A stretch of 43,729 nucleotides of DNA. Source: Flavobacteriales bacterium (GTDB lineage Bacteria; Bacteroidota; Bacteroidia; NS11-12g; UBA955). Position numbers and translations under genes: made by a program. The notes beneath the pieces are model-generated. The model did not search any database and was not told the DNA's origin. It saw only the letters and a list, made by a program, of their open reading frames with translations. Location of the stretch: NCBI GenBank assembly GCA_947459165.1, contig CANHCW010000002.1, positions 1 through 43,729 of the forward strand. Direction: 5' to 3'. This document shows, one piece after another, positions 1-8,954 of this stretch. How positions within the stretch are numbered: position 1 is the stretch's first letter; each line of letters starts with the position of its first letter.

Positions 1-1154
1 CGTTGAATTATTTTCCGGGCTTCTGTTTCAATTTGTTCAGTCAGTGATTCAATATAGTAAGAGCCTCCCAGAGGGTCAGCAGTGTCGGCGGCACCGCTTT
101 CGTGTGCAATAATCTGTTGCGTTCTGAGTGCAATGGTGGCCGCCTGTTCGGTCGGCAGGCCGAGGGCTTCGTCAAACCCATTGGTGTGTAGACTTTGTGT
201 TCCGCCCAATACCGCAGCCAGTGCCTGAATGGTTACCCTTACAATGTTGTTGTCGGGTTGCTGGGCTGTAAGGGTTGAGCCACCTGTTTGGGTGTGAAAC
301 CTCAGCATCATGGCCTCGGGGGTTTTGGCTCCCATTTCTTTCATCATGTTTGCCCAAATTTTGCGGGCGGCCCTGAATTTGGCTATTTCCTCAAAAAGGT
401 TGTTGTGGGCGTTGAAAAAGAAGGAGAGTCGTTTGCCAAATACATCAATATCGAGCCCTTTATCCAGCGCAGCCTTCACATAAGCTTTGCCGTTCGACAA
501 TGTAAAAGCCAGTTCCTGAGCTGCCGTGCTGCCTGCCTCACGAATGTGGTAACCGCTGATGGAAATGGTATTCCATTTTGGCAACTCTTTGCTGCACCAC
601 TCGAAAATATCAGTAATAATGCGCATACTGGGCTTTACAGGGTAAATGTAAGTTCCGCGCGCGGCGTATTCCTTTAGAATATCGTTTTGAATTGTTCCTG
701 AAATCTTGCTCAAATCGGCACCCTGCTTTTTGGCTATGGCCACATACATGGCGAGCAAAGTAGATGCGGTTGCATTGATGGTCATGCTTGTGGTGATTTC
801 CTGGAGCTGTATTCCTTTAAATAACAATTCCATATCTGCCAGCGAGTCAATAGCCACACCCACTTTACCTACTTCTCCTTCACTCATGGGGTGATCGCTG
901 TCGTAACCAATCTGGGTAGGCAGATCGAAGGCTACGGATAATCCTGTGGTTCCCTGTGACAGCAAATAATGGTATCGTTTGTTGCTTTCTTCGGCCGTGC
1001 TGAAACCGGCGTATTGTCTCATGGTCCACAATCGCCCGCGATACATGTCTTTTCGAATGCCTCGTGTAAAGGGGAATTCACCCGGTTTTTCTGTTAAACC
1101 GGGGCCGGATGAGTAAAGTTCCTGAATGGGAATACCTGAATCTGTTTCTTTCAA
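1..1154 (-). CDS. Methylmalonyl-CoA mutase, catalytic barrel portion (partial; 3' end lies beyond the window edge)
   Basis: Absent from the ORF track because it runs off the edge. My minus-strand translation from 1154 reads [16 protein letters not shown]...[66 protein letters not shown]...[20 protein letters not shown]...[23 protein letters not shown]. These are hallmark B12-dependent acyl-CoA mutase motifs. Tyr (DMY-RGRLWT) and Arg (AARGTY) occupy the substrate-specifying positions, which favours methylmalonyl-CoA. An in-frame TAA at 1161-1163 leaves only TTG (1152-1154) or ATT as a start ahead of the conserved FTRG. Confidence 0.85.
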   Translation of the reverse strand, partial: MKETDSGIPIQELYSSGPGLTEKPGEFPFTRGIRKDMYRGRLWTMRQYAGFSTAEESNKRYHYLLSQGTTGLSVAFDLPTQIGYDSDHPMSEGEVGKVGVAIDSLADMELLFKGIQLQEITTSMTINATASTLLAMYVAIAKKQGADLSKISGTIQNDILKEYAARGTYIYPVKPSMRIITDIFEWCSKELPKWNTISISGYHIREAGSTAAQELAFTLSNGKAYVKAALDKGLDIDVFGKRLSFFFNAHNNLFEEIAKFRAARKIWANMMKEMGAKTPEAMMLRFHTQTGGSTLTAQQPDNNIVRVTIQALAAVLGGTQSLHTNGFDEALGLPTEQAATIALRTQQIIAHESGAADTADPLGGSYYIESLTEQIETEARKIIQ

Positions 1155-1174
1155 AATGCTTTAATTAATTTGGT

Positions 1175-1708
1175 TTAGCCAAAAAACAATCCCACTTCTG
1201 CCTTCAGAAAGTTGATGGCTTTTTCCGTTGGTTGCTGCCCGGCGGCAATCATACTTTCTATAACGGCCTTGCTTAGGTCGGTTTGTGTTGCGTTCGGTTC
1301 AAGACCATTGTAAGCCTCGTTGATAAGCGCAATGACCTGTTCTTTTACCACCTTTACCAGATTCCAGCTTTGTGCTGATACATAGATTTGCTGAGAAAGA
1401 TTGTAATTATACTCTTGTTGAATGGCACCTATCATTTGAAACTTAAGAGATCCCGCTGTTTGGTCGGGATGACTGTGGGTTGCGATTAACTGCTGAGGGC
1501 TGATTCGTTCAAGAAACAAAACCAGTCTTTCATAAGCCTGAAGCTTTATGGGAGTTACGGTTTGTTGATTTTGTCGCTGTATTTCAATGCGTATTTTGTT
1601 CAGGTTTTCTTCTGACTGATTCTTGATTACGAAGTAGGCAGTAAGAAACACAATGACCGAGGGAAGTGTAAACTTCAGAATTTCGAGCAGGGTTTGAGTG
1701 GCTTCCAT
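1175..1708 (-). CDS. Hypothetical membrane-anchored protein (177 aa)
   Basis: Track ORF with an ATG start. It has an N-terminal hydrophobic helix (LPSVIVFLTAYFVI) followed by a helical soluble part. A perfect TAnnTTTG box lies 13 nt upstream. It ends 20 nt before the mutase gene on the same strand. No family recognised. Confidence 0.6.
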   Translation of the reverse strand: MEATQTLLEILKFTLPSVIVFLTAYFVIKNQSEENLNKIRIEIQRQNQQTVTPIKLQAYERLVLFLERISPQQLIATHSHPDQTAGSLKFQMIGAIQQEYNYNLSQQIYVSAQSWNLVKVVKEQVIALINEAYNGLEPNATQTDLSKAVIESMIAAGQQPTEKAINFLKAEVGLFFG

Positions 1709-1721
1709 CTAAAAAGGGTTG

Positions 1722-1729
1722 CAAAGATA
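1722..1729 (-). promoter_or_regulatory. Bacteroidota-type -7 promoter box (TATCTTTG on minus strand) for the 177-aa gene
   Basis: Exact match to the TAnnTTTG consensus, 13 nt upstream of the ATG at 1708. Confidence 0.45.
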
Positions 1730-1802
1730 AAACGATTTACAGCTTAGAGTATTGTATTCTAAACTCCCTTTTCATGGTCATTTCTTGTTGGCATTTATGA
1801 AT

Positions 1803-1810
1803 TAACTTTG
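1803..1810 (+). promoter_or_regulatory. Bacteroidota-type -7 promoter box (TAACTTTG) for the IscA-family gene
   Basis: Exact TAnnTTTG match, 19 nt upstream of the ATG at 1830. The upstream TTG elements are at non-ideal spacing. Confidence 0.4.
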
Positions 1811-1829
1811 CATATCGATTTATTTCAAG

Positions 1830-2189
1830 ATGGAAACTTTGCAGGAAAAAGAAATACAAACGGCTCCGGTAACTTTTACTGATGGAGCCATAGAGGAGTT
1901 AAACCGTCTTCGTTCTTCGCTGGTAACGGCAGAGGAGTCTTTTTTAAGAATTGGTGTTAAAGGTGGCGGTTGCTCAGGATTGAGTTACCTGCTGGCCTTC
2001 GACAAGAAGGAAGATGGAGATAAAGAGTTTCAGATTCAGGGCATGGAGGTAGTGATGAACAAAGCCCATGTAATGTATGTGCTGGGTATGGTTATAGATT
2101 GGGAAAACGGGCTCAACAACAGGGGATTTACATTCAACAATCCCAATGCAAAAGACACCTGTGGCTGCGGACAAAGCTTCAGCACCTGA
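1830..2189 (+). CDS. Iron-sulfur cluster insertion/assembly protein, IscA/HesB/ErpA family
   Basis: 119 aa with GVKGGGCSGLSY and the C-terminal CGCGQSF. This is the three-Cys signature of A-type Fe-S carriers. Confidence 0.9.
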   Translation: METLQEKEIQTAPVTFTDGAIEELNRLRSSLVTAEESFLRIGVKGGGCSGLSYLLAFDKKEDGDKEFQIQGMEVVMNKAHVMYVLGMVIDWENGLNNRGFTFNNPNAKDTCGCGQSFST

Positions 2190-2204
2190 GGGGTGTAATA
2201 AATT

Positions 2205-3437
2205 TTGAAATTGCTTGAAAACATAGGGCAGGGTATTGATGCGGTGAAAAGCAACCTGCTAAGGGCTTTCATCACCTGTCTGATTATAGCAATCGGTATT
2301 TCTGCGTTGGTGGGAATTCTTACTTCCATCGATGCCATGAATTTCGCCATTACAAAAACCTTTTCAAGAATGGGGTCTCAGAGTTTTAACATTCGCAATA
2401 CCCAGGGAGTGCAACGCCACGGGGGCCCGATTTCTGCAGCACAGGCCGATGCCATTTCTTATATTCAGGCAAGCCGTTTCAAACGGGATTTTCAGTTTCC
2501 ATCCGATGTATCCATCAGTCGCAACGCTGCCATGACGGCTAAAGTGAAACATGAAGGGCAGGAAACAAATCCGAATGTGCGGGTGATTGGAGTGGACGAA
2601 AATTACCTGAAGACTGCAAGTTACGATATCGCACAGGGGAGAAATTTCACATCCAACGATGTGGAACTTGCACTGCCATTGGCCATTGTAGGAAAAGAAA
2701 TTGTTAGCAGTGTAATACCTGATGCCAATGCGGTGGGAAAAGAGATTCTTGTGAATGGGAAGCGATACCGCATTGTTGGGGAATTGGCTGAAAAGGGCTC
2801 AAGTCTCGGAATGTCGGGTGGAGACAGGGTCGTGTTCGTTCCAGTTAGCCGAAGCAGGCAGGATTTTGTGGATGGCCGTGAAAATTTCTTCATCAATGTT
2901 GCTGTTGATGAGGTGTCTCAACTCGATCCGGCCATGAATGAGGCCTATTTGATGATGAGAAAAATCAGGGGTACCGGATTGTCGGGAACAGATAATTTTG
3001 TATTAACCAAAAGTGATGCTTTGGCAAGAGATGCCATTGATAATTTGAAAATGGTAACGGCGGTAGGCACCATCATTGCAATAATTACCTTGCTGGGAGC
3101 TGCCGTTAGTTTAATGAATATTATGCTGGTTTCAGTTACGGAAAGAACCCGGGAAATTGGCGTGAGAAAAGCGCTGGGTGCGTCATCCAAAGTCATTCGC
3201 AATCAATTTTTAACCGAAGCGATAGTCATTTGTCAGATTGGTGGCCTCGCCGGAATTCTCTTCGGCATTCTGCTGGGGAATCTGGTAGGGCTCGGTCTTG
3301 GTTCGGGTTTCATTATCCCCTGGCAGTGGATGCTCACCGCAGTGTTGGTTTGCATGGTTGTGGGACTGGCTGCAGGAATTTATCCCGCCAACAAAGCAGC
3401 CCGTCTTAATCCAATTGATGCGCTTAGGTTTGAATAA
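2205..3437 (+). CDS. ABC transporter permease, FtsX/MacB-like
   Basis: 410 aa. Order is an N-terminal TM helix, a large periplasmic domain, then a C-terminal FtsX-type four-helix region (TERTREIGVRKALGAS...NPIDALRFE). The only possible starts ahead of the conserved N-terminus are TTG (2205 or 2211). Confidence 0.85.
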   Translation: MKLLENIGQGIDAVKSNLLRAFITCLIIAIGISALVGILTSIDAMNFAITKTFSRMGSQSFNIRNTQGVQRHGGPISAAQADAISYIQASRFKRDFQFPSDVSISRNAAMTAKVKHEGQETNPNVRVIGVDENYLKTASYDIAQGRNFTSNDVELALPLAIVGKEIVSSVIPDANAVGKEILVNGKRYRIVGELAEKGSSLGMSGGDRVVFVPVSRSRQDFVDGRENFFINVAVDEVSQLDPAMNEAYLMMRKIRGTGLSGTDNFVLTKSDALARDAIDNLKMVTAVGTIIAIITLLGAAVSLMNIMLVSVTERTREIGVRKALGASSKVIRNQFLTEAIVICQIGGLAGILFGILLGNLVGLGLGSGFIIPWQWMLTAVLVCMVVGLAAGIYPANKAARLNPIDALRFE

Positions 3438-3438
3438 A

Positions 3439-3651
3439 ATGAGTGTCAATTTCAAAGAATTGCAGCATTATATTGAAATCGGTGAAATCTGTGAAATTCG
3501 ATTTATAGGTAGATCCTGTGAAGTGATTACCCAGATTTCCAGCATTGTTAATTACGATGTGAAATCCGCGGTCATTGAGCTTCCAAATCACTGCCATATA
3601 AGGATTTCGGACATTGTGAGTATTGTGCCGATAACTCCTGGGCATCCCTGA
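3439..3651 (+). CDS. Hypothetical small protein (70 aa)
   Basis: The ATG lies 1 nt after the permease stop. The track ORF 3298..3651 is in the same frame but overlaps the permease. No family recognised, so coding status is uncertain. Confidence 0.3.
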   Translation: MSVNFKELQHYIEIGEICEIRFIGRSCEVITQISSIVNYDVKSAVIELPNHCHIRISDIVSIVPITPGHP

Positions 3652-3700
3652 ATAAAGCGATCTTTCTTGATTCTACCTTCGCAGAGTAGATTTTGTATAG

Positions 3701-4891
3701 ATGCGAAAGTTTATTGTCGTGACAGTTTTGACCTGTGCGGTTTCTTTGTTGACAGTTCAGGTCATTAGTTCATCTGACGAGGCTCCAAGGGCAGTTTCAG
3801 TGAAGAGAAGAACAGTGACTGCTGAAAAGCGCAGTACTCCTGCTCCCGATTCTGCAAAATTGATGAACCCCATAGCCTTTTCGTTGAAAAATGAATTTGG
3901 CGGAGGGCTCGGCATTAAATCGGTTCAGGTTTCGCCCAAAGGCGATTTGGCCGTTGCCTGCGACCTGGAAGGCAGCAGTTTTTGGGTGATTGATCTGAAA
4001 GCAGGTAAAATTCGCGAGAAAATTACCTTCGACAGGTCTGTGGTGAAAGGTTACAACGACAACTCTAAACAAGTTGAAGGTTGTATTGCTGAAAAGCCAG
4101 TTGACTGCGCTATTGATTCAGCAGGTCGTTTTGTATTCGTTTCGCTGTACAATGGTGATGCCGTTGTAAAATATAACATGCTCGAAAACGAAACTCCTGC
4201 AACTGAACCATCTCGTAAATTTTGGGTAACAAAGGAACTGAATGGAAAAAAAACAAGATTGCAGTTGCCCGCAGCCGCCACAGGCCACATGCCCAAAATG
4301 GTTTCTGTTATTCCTGGAACCAATATGTTGATGACCACCAATTGGGTTTCGGGTTCAGTTACTTTTGTTGATTGCGACAAAATGAAAGCGGTTAAAAATG
4401 TTACAATTGGTTCCGGAGCTCACCAGTATCCCCGTGGAATTGCCATTGACAGGGAAAAGAATATTGCCTATGTGAACAACATGGGAGGCGGCACCGTTAC
4501 GGTATTTGATCTTGCCACTTTGAGCATTGTAAAAAGTATCCCCATTACAAGCAATCCGGGGCACATGCAATTGTCAACGGACCGAAAATCTTTTTATGTG
4601 TGCGATAACCGCAATAAGTCGTTTTCTCAATACAGCACGGAAACCGGGAAATTAATGAGACAGGTTGGCACTGAGTTCAATGCCTTACTTTTTTCAACCG
4701 ACAAAAATCAGGATTATGCCGTAGTGCTGCATTGGTACAACAGTGCAGCCACCATCATCGATCTAAAAACATTTAAAGCGGTGAGGCAGTTTAAAATCAG
4801 AATGCCAATCGGCATTTCATTTACTGCGAACCAATGTCTGATTACCACCTACGGTGGTGGAGACGGCCGGGTTTCTGTATTTGAATGGTAG
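3701..4891 (+). CDS. Exported beta-propeller repeat protein (YVTN/YncE-like)
   Basis: 396 aa with an N-terminal signal-like helix. Repeated ~40-aa units have G-x-V-x-V-hydrophobic-D patterns (GGTVTVFDLATLSIVKSI, SGSVTFVDCDKMKAV, AATIIDLKTFKAV). Confidence 0.55.
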   Translation: MRKFIVVTVLTCAVSLLTVQVISSSDEAPRAVSVKRRTVTAEKRSTPAPDSAKLMNPIAFSLKNEFGGGLGIKSVQVSPKGDLAVACDLEGSSFWVIDLKAGKIREKITFDRSVVKGYNDNSKQVEGCIAEKPVDCAIDSAGRFVFVSLYNGDAVVKYNMLENETPATEPSRKFWVTKELNGKKTRLQLPAAATGHMPKMVSVIPGTNMLMTTNWVSGSVTFVDCDKMKAVKNVTIGSGAHQYPRGIAIDREKNIAYVNNMGGGTVTVFDLATLSIVKSIPITSNPGHMQLSTDRKSFYVCDNRNKSFSQYSTETGKLMRQVGTEFNALLFSTDKNQDYAVVLHWYNSAATIIDLKTFKAVRQFKIRMPIGISFTANQCLITTYGGGDGRVSVFEW

Positions 4892-4893
4892 TT

Positions 4894-5994
4894 TTAAACG
4901 AAGGGAATCTTCGTTACTTCGCCTTTTAGCAATTTGCCTCTTACTTCAATGTAAAGCGTGCTACCGGGACTTGAAATACCGGAAGGCACATAAGCAAGAC
5001 CGATGGCTTCATTCAATGTGGGTGACATCGTGCCGCTTGTTACTTCGCCAATTTTGGTTCCGTTTTCATCGCAAACAGGGTAGTGCTGACGGGGAATTCC
5101 CTTGTCGATAAGTTTGAAGCCAACGAGTTTCTTGGTGGGCTTATCATCCTTTATTTTTTTGTGGTATTCCCAATTCACAAAAGGTTTGTTGAATTTGGTA
5201 ATCCATCCCAATCCGGCTTCAATGGGAGAAGTGGCATCATCAATGTCGTTTCCGTACAAACAGAACCCTTTTTCCAGTCGTAAAGTATCTCTTGCACCCA
5301 AACCAATAGGTTTGATTCCGGCATCAGCGCCTGCAGTGAAAATCGCTTCCCACATTTTTTTGGCATCGGCGTTTTTAACATAAATTTCGAAACCTCCTGC
5401 TCCGGTATAGCCGGTATTGCTGATGATTACCTCTTGCAGCCCTGCCATTTCACCCATGGTAAAGTGGTAGTAGGGAATATCGCTGAGGTTTACAGAAGTG
5501 AGTTTCTGTAAGGTTTGCGTGGCTTTAGGCCCCTGTACGGCAAGTAGACTGTAATCGTCGCTGTGGTTACTCAGTTTGGCACCAAATTTTGCATTGTGTG
5601 AACTGATCCAGGCGAAATCTTTTTCAATATTGCCTGCGTTCACCACCAACAAATATTTGTGCTCGTTATAACGATAAACCAGCAAGTCATCGACAATACC
5701 ACCTTCGTCATTGGGCATACACGAATATTGTACACGACCATCGGTTAGAGCAGAAACATCGTTGCTGGTTACATATTCTATCAGTTCATACGCATTGGGC
5801 CCTTCAACAAAAAATTCGCCCATGTGGCTTACATCAAAAACCCCAACATCATTGCGAACCGTGTGGTGTTCCTGAATAAGGTTGGTGTATAATACAGGCA
5901 TATTGAAGCCTGCAAAAGGAACCATTTTGGCACCCAGAGAAATATGTAACTCGGTTAAGGCTGTGCCTTTCAGGTTTGCGCTTTCTGAACTCAT
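4894..5994 (-). CDS. gcvT: Glycine cleavage system aminomethyltransferase T
   Basis: Motifs [38 protein letters not shown] and ARDTLRLE. The track start at 6003 is a TTG inside the promoter box. The first ATG is 5994, 6 nt downstream of a perfect TAATTTTG box. Confidence 0.92.
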   Translation of the reverse strand: MSSESANLKGTALTELHISLGAKMVPFAGFNMPVLYTNLIQEHHTVRNDVGVFDVSHMGEFFVEGPNAYELIEYVTSNDVSALTDGRVQYSCMPNDEGGIVDDLLVYRYNEHKYLLVVNAGNIEKDFAWISSHNAKFGAKLSNHSDDYSLLAVQGPKATQTLQKLTSVNLSDIPYYHFTMGEMAGLQEVIISNTGYTGAGGFEIYVKNADAKKMWEAIFTAGADAGIKPIGLGARDTLRLEKGFCLYGNDIDDATSPIEAGLGWITKFNKPFVNWEYHKKIKDDKPTKKLVGFKLIDKGIPRQHYPVCDENGTKIGEVTSGTMSPTLNEAIGLAYVPSGISSPGSTLYIEVRGKLLKGEVTKIPFV

Positions 5995-6000
5995 AGACTG

Positions 6001-6008
6001 CAAAATTA
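6001..6008 (-). promoter_or_regulatory. -7 promoter box (TAATTTTG on minus strand) for gcvT
   Basis: Exact TAnnTTTG match ending 6 nt before the ATG at 5994. This implies a leaderless or near-leaderless mRNA. Confidence 0.45.
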
Positions 6009-6011
6009 AGG

Positions 6012-6037
6012 GAAACGCCCGCTTAGGCGGGCGTTTC
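6012..6037 (-). terminator. Rho-independent terminator of the TBDR-lipoprotein operon
   Basis: Perfect 11-bp stem (gaaacgcccgc / gcgggcgtttc) with a 4-nt loop. On the minus strand it is followed by ccUUAAUUUUG, and on the plus strand a T-run follows. It lies 25 nt past the lipoprotein stop. Confidence 0.7.
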
Positions 6038-6061
6038 GTGAGATTTTTTAGGCGGAGAAAA

Positions 6062-6592
6062 TTATGGTTCTATGAAAAGATTGAATTGAACATCCACATC
6101 GCTTTCACCAACATTGCAGTTGCCATCCTTCGATTTGGGCTGATGTCTCAGGTTTACCCTTAGCAATCCGCTGCCCTGGGAAATGGTTTTCCAGTTGCTC
6201 TGCAAACCGATGGGATATTTGCCATCACTGTCGGTGGCATTGATAACCAGATTGGCTATGGGCAGTCCGCTGAGACAAACCAGGTGTTCCTTGCCTTCAT
6301 TGCGGATTTCAGGTGTGATGTCGGTCGATTTGCCATCGCTTTCATTGAAAAAGCTGATTTCAGCCTTGTACTCGGTGCTGTCTTTCAGTTTGATGGTGTC
6401 TGTTTGTGTTGGTGCATTTCCGCCCGGTCCGTCCGGATCACTCCATACAAAAGTAGTGGTGGCTCCACCTGAAATGGGTGTGAGTGCAATACGCACTGTG
6501 GTAATGAGTTCGCCTTCATCATGCTTGTGGCATGAAAAAATGAAGATGGTCAGCATGGCTGACAGAGCTGAGAATGAAATTGTTTTTTTCAT
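6062..6592 (-). CDS. Lipoprotein of unknown function, last gene of the TBDR operon
   Basis: Start is taken at [21 protein letters not shown], which gives a signal peptide and a lipobox Cys. The track's longer 6652 start overlaps the receptor gene. The mature N-terminus is CHKHDEGE. The body looks beta-rich and includes [11 protein letters not shown]. The start lies 8 nt after the receptor stop. Confidence 0.7.
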   Translation of the reverse strand: MKKTISFSALSAMLTIFIFSCHKHDEGELITTVRIALTPISGGATTTFVWSDPDGPGGNAPTQTDTIKLKDSTEYKAEISFFNESDGKSTDITPEIRNEGKEHLVCLSGLPIANLVINATDSDGKYPIGLQSNWKTISQGSGLLRVNLRHQPKSKDGNCNVGESDVDVQFNLFIEP

Positions 6593-6600
6593 ATGAATTT

Positions 6601-8892
6601 TTAATTGGGTTTGCTGTGTTTTTTGGTGTGATGATGAATATGATGATGCCATGAAAGGCTCACATTTCTTCCGGGCATGGGCATAAAGTAACGGAATCGG
6701 TCAAGGTAACTTCGGTAAGTGATGTTGAACAGGTTGTTAATTTCCAATCCAAGCCGGGAATCGGGACTTTTGCCGCTTAGTTTTAAAGACCACAAACCGA
6801 ATGCACCGGGTGGGGGAAGAAAATCGGAATTGGCAGTAAATTGCTTTTGTTCAAAGGTGTATTCGAAGCAAAGTGCGGCATTCAGTTTTGAATGGTTAAA
6901 ATTAAGCTTCTGTTTGATTCGCGCCGGGGGAATGAATGCGGGGTAGCGCTTGCTTTTGCTGTATTGCTGGTAAATATAATTAAAGTCGCAGTGCCATTGA
7001 AGATGTTTGGTTAAATCCAGATCAATGCCCGCATCAATCCCGTACATAAACAAATTGCCTTGTGTATATTCAAATCCGGGGAAAACGCCTCTCACCGTTA
7101 CTATGGGAGTGCTCATCGGCGAAAGGTTTATAAAACCTTGTATGTATGCCAGGTAGGGTGATACAAATGCCTGCCATTTTCTGTCTGAAAAATCGGCTAT
7201 GCCTTCGGACCGGTAGCATATTTCCGGTAACAGATTCCGGCTGCCTTTTTCATAAGAAGCAGCACCATGATGAACACCTGAAGAATACAGTTCATTCACC
7301 CAGGGGGCTCTCCAGGTTCTGGAAGCGTTGAACGAGAGCAAAGTGCTGTTTGTGTTTGATTTTTTATGGATTCTTTTTCTTAGGGAAAGTGCTGAGCTAT
7401 AGTTAATAAAGTTTCTTTTCTCGCTGCTCAATTTCCCGTTTTCTCTTACCTGGGAATTCAGACCTTTGGCATCCCCACGAAGCGAGAATGAAATGTGTGT
7501 TTGTTTGAGTTGACGGCTTATTTCGGTAAATGTGCCGCCTGTGTACCCCGTGAAATCGGGTAAAAAGTAAAAACCTCCATATTGGTGTTCATGCAGGCTG
7601 GCAGCACCGCCCCATTTAACAATGGTGTTGTTCTGAAAGCGTTTGCCCAATTCATATTTAATGGAGGGAACAAGCAAGTACAAATCCAGCTGGGGGAAAC
7701 GAAGCTGACTGTTGCGATGAAAATCAAATTCCCTTCGCTGATCGTATTGCAGGTCAGTGAACCAGTGGCGGTAATTTCGTCCACGGTTTTTTAGGTTTTG
7801 ATACTGAATATCAACATGCCCCGAAACCTGTCTAGGAGCATCAATTGTATAAGTGAAATGGTTAGATGAAACCGGCGAAGAACGGTGAATAGCACTGAGT
7901 AAATCATTAACATTGCCTGCCCTTGCTCCGGTGAATATGCCACCTTCAAATCTGTAGGCGTTTATTGTAAGTTCCCCGAAACCATCAGAGTTCATTTTTT
8001 TTACTCCACCTGAAAGGGAATATTCCTCCAGTCCGGTGTTGTCAATAATAAGCCCGGGGATGCTGTAATTTCCGGCCTTGCGCAACGATGCCGAGCCGTA
8101 AAAAATTGGGCTACCCTCCTCGGTCTGTCTTACGAATTTGGTTTTTGACGCAACTTGATTTCCATTTGATGAATAACTCAGTGTTTGATCCAGCGAACTT
8201 TCTCCGGCATGCACATCAGGTGCATTCATCAGTCTGATTGTTCCAAAATGACCATCGTGGGCGTACAACAACGCATTGGCATCGCGCAATACTATTAATT
8301 GTTCGAATGAATTGGGGTCCGCCTCGGGGTTGTGATCATTGCCCCACTGCTGTCCTTCAAGACGGAAATTGCCCGCAATTATCGGAAGTCTCAGACCATA
8401 CATTCCCCGAAGCATGGGTTTGGCCTGGTTTTTTCCGCCCTGCATCAGGCTTATTCCTGGGATTTGAGCCGTGGCTTCAGCCAGGTTACTGCCCGCTTTG
8501 ATGTCGGCGCTGCGGCTTTTTTCGGCTAAGGTTTTTCCCTCCTCTGAATAATGATAGAGCACAATGGTGTCGGACAATCTTGCCTTGGGAAACATCCATA
8601 TATATATAAAGGTGTCTTTTTGAATTGATAACTCTATGTGTATATGCTCGTACCCTGATTTTTCAAATTCCAGAAGCTGCATGCCCGGGCAAACTTCAGA
8701 CAGCAGAAAACTGCCGTTGCTCTTTGCGTGGTCGTGAATATGACCTTTTTCAATAAAGATCTCAACACCTGACAGGCGCGCAGAATCAGTCACATCAAGT
8801 ACAATTCCCCTGATGTTGAGACTGCAGGGCATCTGTGCCCAAGCAGTCCATACCGGCAGTGCCAGTATCATTGCAATGATATGTTTGATCAT
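6601..8892 (-). CDS. TonB-dependent outer-membrane receptor with carboxypeptidase-regulatory-like N-domain and His-rich C-terminal tail
   Basis: 763 aa. Order is a signal peptide, a CarboxypepD_reg-like segment (IRGIVLDVTDSARLSGVEIFIEKG), plug motifs (IPGISLMQGG...MLRGMYGLRLPI), then a long beta-barrel ending in PGRNVSLSW followed by HHHIHHHTKKHSKPN. Confidence 0.85.
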   Translation of the reverse strand: MIKHIIAMILALPVWTAWAQMPCSLNIRGIVLDVTDSARLSGVEIFIEKGHIHDHAKSNGSFLLSEVCPGMQLLEFEKSGYEHIHIELSIQKDTFIYIWMFPKARLSDTIVLYHYSEEGKTLAEKSRSADIKAGSNLAEATAQIPGISLMQGGKNQAKPMLRGMYGLRLPIIAGNFRLEGQQWGNDHNPEADPNSFEQLIVLRDANALLYAHDGHFGTIRLMNAPDVHAGESSLDQTLSYSSNGNQVASKTKFVRQTEEGSPIFYGSASLRKAGNYSIPGLIIDNTGLEEYSLSGGVKKMNSDGFGELTINAYRFEGGIFTGARAGNVNDLLSAIHRSSPVSSNHFTYTIDAPRQVSGHVDIQYQNLKNRGRNYRHWFTDLQYDQRREFDFHRNSQLRFPQLDLYLLVPSIKYELGKRFQNNTIVKWGGAASLHEHQYGGFYFLPDFTGYTGGTFTEISRQLKQTHISFSLRGDAKGLNSQVRENGKLSSEKRNFINYSSALSLRKRIHKKSNTNSTLLSFNASRTWRAPWVNELYSSGVHHGAASYEKGSRNLLPEICYRSEGIADFSDRKWQAFVSPYLAYIQGFINLSPMSTPIVTVRGVFPGFEYTQGNLFMYGIDAGIDLDLTKHLQWHCDFNYIYQQYSKSKRYPAFIPPARIKQKLNFNHSKLNAALCFEYTFEQKQFTANSDFLPPPGAFGLWSLKLSGKSPDSRLGLEINNLFNITYRSYLDRFRYFMPMPGRNVSLSWHHHIHHHTKKHSKPN

Positions 8893-8954
8893 TTTTCTCC
8901 TTGGTGCCTGCCGTGAAGGGGCGCGGCAGACTTTCGCCCTGTTGTTAGATAAAT

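Noticed and set aside
172-894. Track ORFs 172..357(-), 288..677(+) and 706..894(+) at the left edge.
   Set aside because: All overlap the strongly supported, edge-truncated methylmalonyl-CoA mutase frame on the minus strand. Their translations show no recognisable motifs.
5995-6200. Glycine riboswitch upstream of gcvT.
   Set aside because: The non-coding gap is too short and is occupied by a terminator hairpin and a promoter box. I could not see the conserved glycine-aptamer core sequences on the minus strand. A covariance-model scan would be the decisive check.
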